Source: Eledone cirrhosa
Taxonomy: Eukaryota
Direction: 5' to 3'
NCBI GenBank assembly: GCA_964016885.1
Contig: OZ024764.1
Location: 14,012,001 to 14,076,000, forward strand
DNA: 64,000 nucleotides
The notes beneath the pieces are model-generated. The model was not told the DNA's origin and did not search any database. It was given only the letters and a program-made list of their open reading frames with translations. The position numbers were made by a program, and so were the translations under genes. Each line of letters begins with the position of its first letter. The first letter of the stretch is position 1. This document shows, one piece after another, positions 56,116 through 64,000 of the stretch.

Positions 56116-57041
56116 CACGGCCTCATCATCGTTTTACGTCCGCTGGACAGGTCCTTCTCTATACAACATTTCTCCACTTATAATTTGTCTTATGATTTTA
56201 ATCAATTTATTGTTATTTTTTTAATTTTTCTTGAAGAGATACTGTTTTGGGGTAGAGCACCTATAATGGAATAACTTTACTGATGATGTCTATTTTTTCT
56301 CCACAATTGATGAGATACGCTAGCCGTACTCATTAGTACTCTAGCTGGTACTCTATTTTATCGACCCCGTAAGGATGAAGGGCAAAGTTAACCTCGGCAG
56401 GATTTGAACTCAGAAAATAAATAATAGAACAGCAACAACAACAAAAAACAAAAAAAAGATTACCAGGTAACTTACTTTTCGTTACCTCATCTTAGTCCTT
56501 TTTGCATTGTTTAGCCTTCTATCTCTTTCAACGTTATATATTATATATAATGCTTCAAGCAAACTATATTTTATTAAATAAATAATTGTTTCTACTTGTG
56601 GCACAAGGCCAGCAATTATCCCAGTGTATTACTGGTACTTTATTTTATCGCCCCCGTAAGGATAAAAGGCAAAGTTAACCTCGGCGGGATTTGAACTCAG
56701 AATGGCAAGGGCTGTAACTCTATGCTGCAAAGCATGGCGTCCGACCCTCTACTGATACTGCCAATTCACCGCCTGTTAAATGAATAATAATAATATTAAT
56801 CGTAGGTCTTATTGAATTCTGAATTATATATCATCATCGTTTTACGTCCGTTCTTCCACGCTAACATGGGTTAGACGGGCTGCCCTGTTGTGGGCAGTGT
56901 CCAGTTGGCTGACCTTGTCTTGCTCATATGGGAACTAATTCTGGCTTGATTGCTGGATGCCCTTCCTAACACCAACCTCATTTACAGAGAGTGCCGGGCG
57001 CTTTTTTTCCGTGGCGCCTACACGACCACTTTACAGTGTGG

Positions 57042-57072
<31 letters not shown>

Positions 57073-57276
57073 GAAGTATACGTTTATGTGAGAAAGTATA
57101 CGTCTACGTACTCTTACGTATAAGCGCGTGGTAGAGTGTGTGTATGTTTATGTTCTGGATATTTATTTATATATTTTTTTCCCCTAAATCCTTTTTGCCT
57201 GTTTTTTCAGCGTCACTTTCATATTTCCTAAATTTTTTTTTCAAATCCATATTTAATAAAAACACCATGTTATTTA

Positions 57277-57375
57277 TTCATTCTGACGGCTGAAGAAACC
57301 ACTGGTAAATGAAACCGCCTTCAAGAAACCACTGGTAAATGAAATAATTATCTTATGTTGTTTATTACATAGCTA
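57277..57375 (+). mobile_element. Family I copy with rearranged hammerhead
   Basis: ttcatt-CTGACGG..., duplicated aagaaaccactggtaaatgaaa, same tail as 52390-52420. Confidence 0.6.
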
Positions 57376-57790
57376 AATAAATAAATATATAATATATATA
57401 TAGAGAGATAGGGTAGTAGAAAAAACACAGGAACACATTTGTTGAAGTTCATAAATTCATTTATTATATAATCATGAGTGATTTTGACATGTTTCAATAT
57501 GTTATGTAAATAACCTATGAGATCTGTATTATTACATATTTCATTATCTCATATTGCCGGGTAATAATTTCCTCACAACTCTGAAAGAGAAGGTTCAAAT
57601 GAATAATGATATAGAAGCTTTGTTTTATGAGTGCATTGTTTATACACAGGGCATGCGATGTTTGCTTGTGATTGTTCAATATATGTATAGTATAAGTGTA
57701 TGTATATTTAGGGTAGTTATCGAAGATGAATAGACTGGTTGGAACAATAGCAGTCATGTTTACGTATATATATATATATATATATATATA

Positions 57791-57981
57791 TAGGAACGAG
57801 TAGGACCCCGACGGCTGAGCTCAAGCCGTTTCGACGGCTAATTCTGGACAGAATTAGCCGTCGAAACGGCTTGAGCTCAGCTGTCGGGGTCCTACTCGTT
57901 CCTATTACCCACTCTACTACCCTAAGTATTGAGTACTTTGGTGCGTTATGGTCCACCTGGTTCCTTACCACATTTCCTCCG

Positions 57982-57984
<3 letters not shown>
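57791..57984. mobile_element. Family A fold-back element (long arm on +)
   Basis: Reverse orientation of 1513-1720. Confidence 0.75.
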
Positions 57985-58013
<29 letters not shown>

Positions 58014-58420
58014 GTTAACTGAATGTTGTATTTGACTAAAGAGAATTAGTCTGTTAGTTGGGATTTTAAAGAAAACCCCTCTGAATGGAAAAAAAGATGA
58101 GTATTGATTGATGTACAAGGGACACAAACCCACATCTTTAGTTTGCTGGACCAATGTGTTACCATTACACCAACACGCCACCCATTCTTCTCTCCATTCA
58201 ATTAGAAGCTATATAACCATAGCAGAGTTGTCCTTGTAGGCAATGCCAGGTCAGGTGACCATGTCTTGCTCATACAGAACTGATTTTGGCTTGATTTATA
58301 CAGCTGTATGTCCTATATATATATATATAGAGAGAGAGAGAGGGAAAGATATATAGTTAGTTATGTGAGAGAGAGAGAGGAGTGTATAAATGTATGTAGG
58401 AAGATAAATATGTATGTGTG

Positions 58421-58453
<33 letters not shown>

Positions 58454-58501
58454 TTAGTTATGTGAGAGAGAGGAGTTTATAAATGTATGTAGGAAGATAA
58501 A

Positions 58502-58544
<43 letters not shown>

Positions 58545-59312
58545 GTTTCTACTTTTGGCACAAGGCCAGCAATTACCCAGTGCATTACTGGTACTTTATT
58601 TTATCGACCCCGTAAGGATGAAAGGCAAAGTTAACCTCGGCAGGATTTGAACTCAGACCGTAAAGGGACGTAACTATGCTGGAAAGCATGTATATATATA
58701 ATGTATGTACGTAAACAAATATGTATGTATATATATGTATATAGATGGATAAATATATATAAATTGTAAAGACCTTTTTCGGTCACAAATGACCATGGGA
58801 CTTGCACCTCGAAAGTTCCTCTCGGAGGCACAAATCCGGGCAAGGTTGTTTGGGGAAGACGACCAGCTTCCCCTCTCCACGCCACCGATGATGTCCAAGG
58901 GAAAGGCAAAGGCAGATACAGCTTGGCACCAGTGACGACATCACAGCTCATTTCTACAGCTGAGTAAACTGGAGCAACGTGAAATAAAGTGTCTTGCTCA
59001 AGAACGCAATGTAAAGCCTGGTCCGAGAGTCGAGCTAACAACCTCACGATTGCAAGCCTGACGCTCTAACCACTAAGCCATGTATTATATATAAACAAAA
59101 TAGGTATGTATAAGTATATAATTCGACATATATATATTTAGTTACTAAAAATCTTTTTTTTAGTGGCGATTATAGACGGCGAGTCTACGATTTCCCGCCT
59201 TCGCTATACACCAATGTATTTACGGGTCACTTTCACGACCTTTTAGACCTGTATTAGTTGGAGTGAGGTCATATATTTTGTCGTTCCTGGGGTTTTTAAC
59301 CCTAGGACAAGA

Positions 59313-59402
59313 AAATGCTTCTCTGATGATCGTTGCTTTTCCATTAGTATCCTCGTGATATTTAATGTTTTGCACCGTGAAACTGTACAGTTAGGGCCAT
59401 TT
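59313..59402 (+). ncRNA. Hammerhead motif
   Basis: aaatgcttct-CTGATGA-long stem II-GAA-ACTGTACAGT-T-agggccattt. Confidence 0.75.
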
Positions 59403-59510
59403 GATAGGTAAATATTTATATTATATTTTTTAATTTTGATTAATTTTAATTGTATATTAATTTTGATTCATTTTGAAAAATTAGTTGAATTTTACTTGTT
59501 CTGCTTATCT

Positions 59511-59565
<55 letters not shown>

Positions 59566-60434
59566 TATATATATATAGATATATAGATAGGTAGGTAGAT
59601 GTCTGACTGTATATAATATGAGGGCCAAAAAATAAAAACAAAACAAAAAGAAAACACATGAGATGCTGAAGACTGGGTATTGTGTATCAAACATCCCAGT
59701 TATATGAGTATGTATATGTCATCATCGTCATCATCGTTTAACATCTATCTTCCACGCTAGCATGGGTTAGACGGGAGTTGTCCCACTTGAGGCAAGGCTG
59801 GTCGGGTGACCCTGTCTCACTCGTATGGGACTATCTGGCAGGTTTTCTACGGCTGGATGCCCTTCCTAACACCAAACCACATTTACAGTGTGGACTGGGA
59901 GCTTTTTACTGTGTTTCCTACACGGCCACATTACAGCGTGGACTGTGTGTTCTTTTTACGTGGCACCTACACAACCTCATTTGTTTGGACTGGATGTTGT
60001 GGTACCAACATAACTTTACAGAGAAAGGGGTGGTGTTGGTGGGAGTGGGAGGATGGAGTAGGGGTAGTGGGTTGGGGGGTGTGTGTATATATATATAACC
60101 AAGATCCCCAGTAAATGAAAGACTGCTCCTCTATTATTATAAATATAACCAAGGGCCTCAGAAGTTGAAGGTCTGGCCCTGTATGTATGTATATATATAT
60201 ATATATATAACCAAGATCCTCAGTAAATGAAATCCTGGCCCTCTATATATTTATAAAACCAAGGGCCTCAGAAGATGGAAGTCCAGCCCCCACAGGACCA
60301 GAATTAATATATACACACATATATATATATTTGATTGTTGTGGGTAAAGTTGATTCAGCATTCATTGCAATTAGGGATGTATATATCATCATCATCATCA
60401 TTTCATTTTACGTCCACTCTTTCCCTGCTTGTGT

Positions 60435-61497
60435 ACATATATGGGTGTATGTGTATGTATATGTATATGTGTATATATATGGGTACATGTGTATGTATGT
60501 GTATATACATGGGTGCATGTGTATGTATATGTATATGTGTATATACATGGGTACATGTGTATGTATATGTGTATATACATGGGTGCATGTGTATGTATAT
60601 GTATATGTGTATATACATGGGTACATGTGTATGTATATGTATATGTGTATATACATGGGTGCATGTGTATGTATATGTGTATGTGTATATACATGGGTGT
60701 ATGTGTATGTATATGTATATGTGTATATATATGGGTGCATGTGTATGTATATGTATATGTGTATATACATGGGTACATGTGTATGTATATGTATATGTGT
60801 ATATACATGGGTACATGTGTATGTATATGTATATGTGTATATACATGGGTGCATGTGTATGTATATGTATATGTGTATATACATGGGTACATGTGTATGT
60901 ATATGTGTATATACATGGGTACATGTGCATGTGTATGTATATGTGTATATATATGGGTGCATGTGTATGTATATGTGTATGTACATGGGTACATGTGTAT
61001 GTATATGTGTATATACATGGGTACATGTGTATGTATATGTGTATATACATGGGTACATGTGTATGTATATGTGTATATACATGGGTGCATGTGTATGTAT
61101 ATGTGTATGTGTATATACATGGGTACATGTGTATGTATATGTATATGTGTATATACATGGGTGCATGTGTATGTATATGTATATGTGTATATACATGGGT
61201 ACATGTGTATGTATATGTATATGTGTATATACATGGGTGCATGTGTATGTATATGTGTATGTACATGGGTACATGTGTATGTATATGTGTATATACATGG
61301 GTACATGTGTATGTATATGTGTATATACATGGGTACATGTGTATGTATATGTGTATATACATGGGTACATGTGTATATATATGTATATGTGTATATACAT
61401 GGGTGCATGTGTATGTATATGTATATGTGTATATACATGGGTACATGTGTATATATATGTATATGTGTATATACATGGGTGCATGTGTATGTATATG
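60435..61497. repeat. ~28-34-bp TA/TG-derived minisatellite
   Basis: atatacatgggtacatgtgtatgtatatgtgt repeated. Confidence 0.9.
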
Positions 61498-62441
61498 CGC
61501 GGGGACATATAAATAGTCGGGCTGGACACCCGATCGTGCGGTTAAACCACTGGGAGTGAAGGACCCCTAGCCTTTGTCAGGGCATTCTTCTAGGAGAAGG
61601 CAACTCAAGAAACTGGGATAACTCTGATATAAAACCTGCGGCTCAGTAGTTACCGATGATGTTGATCTTTTCTTCTTTTCAGGTTATAGCTACTGTCTCT
61701 CAGAGAGTGGGATTGGCTCAGTGCACAGTCTTTCCTCACTTTAAAAAAAATCTTCACGCACAGGCATTGCACGATAGAATTAATTAATAATTATTAATAA
61801 TGGTATATCATGCAATGGCCATACTTGATAACGAGGGGGAAGCCATCATATAGGAGGGTATATATTTGCCAAATAGTTTTATACAAAGCTCAATGTGTTT
61901 ATGTGGCAGTGGTTGAATGGTGTGAGAGATATTGTTGATGTACAACATACAGAAAGGTATAGGGTCTAGACACAACATATCGAACTAAAGAGGATAGGAT
62001 GTTTTCATCTCATTTAACCCTTTAACAGTATGGCAATGGCCATACTCGATAACGAGGGGGCAGCCATCATACTAATGTATGTATATATACATAGTGTGTG
62101 TGTATTTACACAGTGAGTGTGTGTGTATTTACACAGTGAGTGTGTGAGATTTCAAATTGAAATAGTCTCAGTTGAAGAACACACACTCACAGGTGTGTGT
62201 GTGTGTGTGCGTGTGATTCTGTTTTTGTGTGTGTATGTGTGTATGAATATGTGTGTGTGCGTGTGCATCCACACATTGGTCCAACAAAACCTTTACCTCC
62301 TTTTTTTTGTGTGTTTTGCGTGTGTGTGGGGCATATTTGGTACGGGAGTACAAAAAGAAATATAACATGGTTTATCATCATCATCATCATCATCATCATC
62401 TCTGACCCTTTTCATGCACCTGGTATCATGTTTTTTATTCT

Positions 62442-62632
62442 TTTACTGGTTTCAGTCATTAGACTGTGGCCATGCTGTGGCCTTCCTTCTATTACTGGTT
62501 TCAGTCATTACACTGTGGCCATGCTGTGGCCCTTCCTTCTATTACTGGTTTCAGTCATTAGACTGTGGCCATGCTGTGGCCCTTCCTTCTATTACTGGTT
62601 TCAGTCATTAGACTGTGGCCATACTGTGGCAC
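62442..62632. repeat. ~50-bp tandem repeat, 4 copies
   Basis: ttactggtttcagtcattagactgtggccatgctgtggcccttccttcta. Confidence 0.85.
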
Positions 62633-62864
62633 TGCCGTCTTTTTCTGGTGCACCAGCTTTAGCAAGGTTCTGGGAATTTCTAATCAAACCCCTTTTATTC
62701 AATTCACAGGATTAAGTTTAACCCTTTTGCAAACTATTTCTAATGAAAGACAATCTATTTCAATTAATTAATGAAGAAAAATTTGAAGGATTTACTAAAA
62801 TTATTTTGTTACTAAGACAGTAACTTAACATAGTTCTTATATAAAATTATGTTAGAAGATTTTA

Positions 62865-63320
62865 ATTTAAATAGAAACCCTTTAAACTGAGCGTGTTTGT
62901 TTCTTAGAACCAGAGTTGGTATCAAAAGGGTTAAATAGAAACCCCTTAAAAAGGGTGGCTTTCTTCCACAGATCCAGAGCTAGTTTTGTGGGTGAGTTAT
63001 TATCAAAAGGGTTAAATAGAAACCCTTTAAAAAAAGGTGGCTTTCTTCCACAGAACCAGAGCTAGTTTTGTGGGTGAGTTATTATCAAAAGGGTTAAATA
63101 GGAACCCTTAAAAAGGGTGGCTTTCTTCCACAGATCCAGAGCTAGTCTTGTGGGTGAGTTAATATCAAAAGGGTTAAATAGAAACCCATTAAAAAGGGTG
63201 GTTTTTTTCCACAGAACCAGAGCTAGTTTTGTGGGTGAGTTATTATCAAAAGGGTTAAATAGGAACCCTTTAAAAAAGGTGGCTTTCTTCCACAGAACCA
63301 GAGCTAGTCTTGTGGGTGGA
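62865..63320. repeat. ~81-bp tandem repeat, ~5 copies
   Basis: atcaaaagggttaaatagaaacccc...cttccacagaaccagagctagttttgtgggtgag. Confidence 0.9.
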
Positions 63321-63559
63321 TTGGTTGGCTGGTTGATACTAAAGCGGTCAACCCAATCCACACTGTAATGTGACAGGGCGTAAATGTGATGACGCAAGAT
63401 GTGATACAACAGAAGTGAGAGTTGAACAGATGTAATGACGGATCAGAGATGATGACAATGATATCATTACATTCTGTAGTTGAGATGTGATGACAACACC
63501 AGAGATGATGGTGATGATATCGGCACAAGATGACATCATCGCATGCTGTAGACGAAGTT

Positions 63560-64000
63560 GTAATCTAGATGTGATGACAGGACCACATCTTCACATGGTA
63601 TAGAAAGAGCTGTAGTACAGATGTGACGACATACAACAGATGACGATGATGATGACACAATGACATCTCTCACATGCCGTAAAAAACGCTGTAGTACAGA
63701 TGTGACAACAGATAACAGATCAGAGATGATGACATGATGATGGGACCACATCATCACATGCTATAGAAAAAGATGTAGCACAGATGTGATGACAGGACCA
63801 CATCATCACATGCTATAGAAAAAGATGTAGCACAGATGTGATGACAGGACCACATCATCACATGCTATAGAAAAAGATGTAGCACAGATGTGATGACAGG
63901 ACCACATCATCACATGCTATAGAAAAAGATGTAGCACAGATGTGATGACAGGATCACATCACCACATGGTATAGAAAAAGATGTAGCACAGATGTGATGA
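63560..64000. repeat. 52-bp tandem repeat running off the window end
   Basis: gatgtgatgacaggaccacatcatcacatgctatagaaaaagatgtagcaca. Confidence 0.9.

Overview
AT-rich, microsatellite-saturated eukaryotic DNA. The SINE and RTE repertoire suggests an octopod cephalopod (inference). Most track ORFs are translations of simple repeats. Supported content: (1) one four-exon minus-strand gene (54445-53026, 47106-46937, 46222-46082, 43941-42184; about 1162 aa) with a Cys/His zinc-finger-like core, SUMO motifs and long low-complexity tracts; (2) one tRNA-His(GTG); (3) many tRNA-derived SINEs, RTE and CR1 LINE remnants, and minisatellites, several born from these retroposons; (4) about 20 type I hammerhead ribozyme (HHR) motifs from roughly ten families of short elements sitting in (TA)n tracts, resembling Penelope-like element (PLE) termini. 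These elements share a TTGAGTRC-like 3' motif and are mostly head-to-head inversions or palindromes joined near the ribozyme, which fits a twin-priming model on (TA)n targets. Exon 2 of the gene is preceded by a tandem array of copies of its own splice acceptor. All folds and alignments were done by eye and repeat boundaries are approximate.
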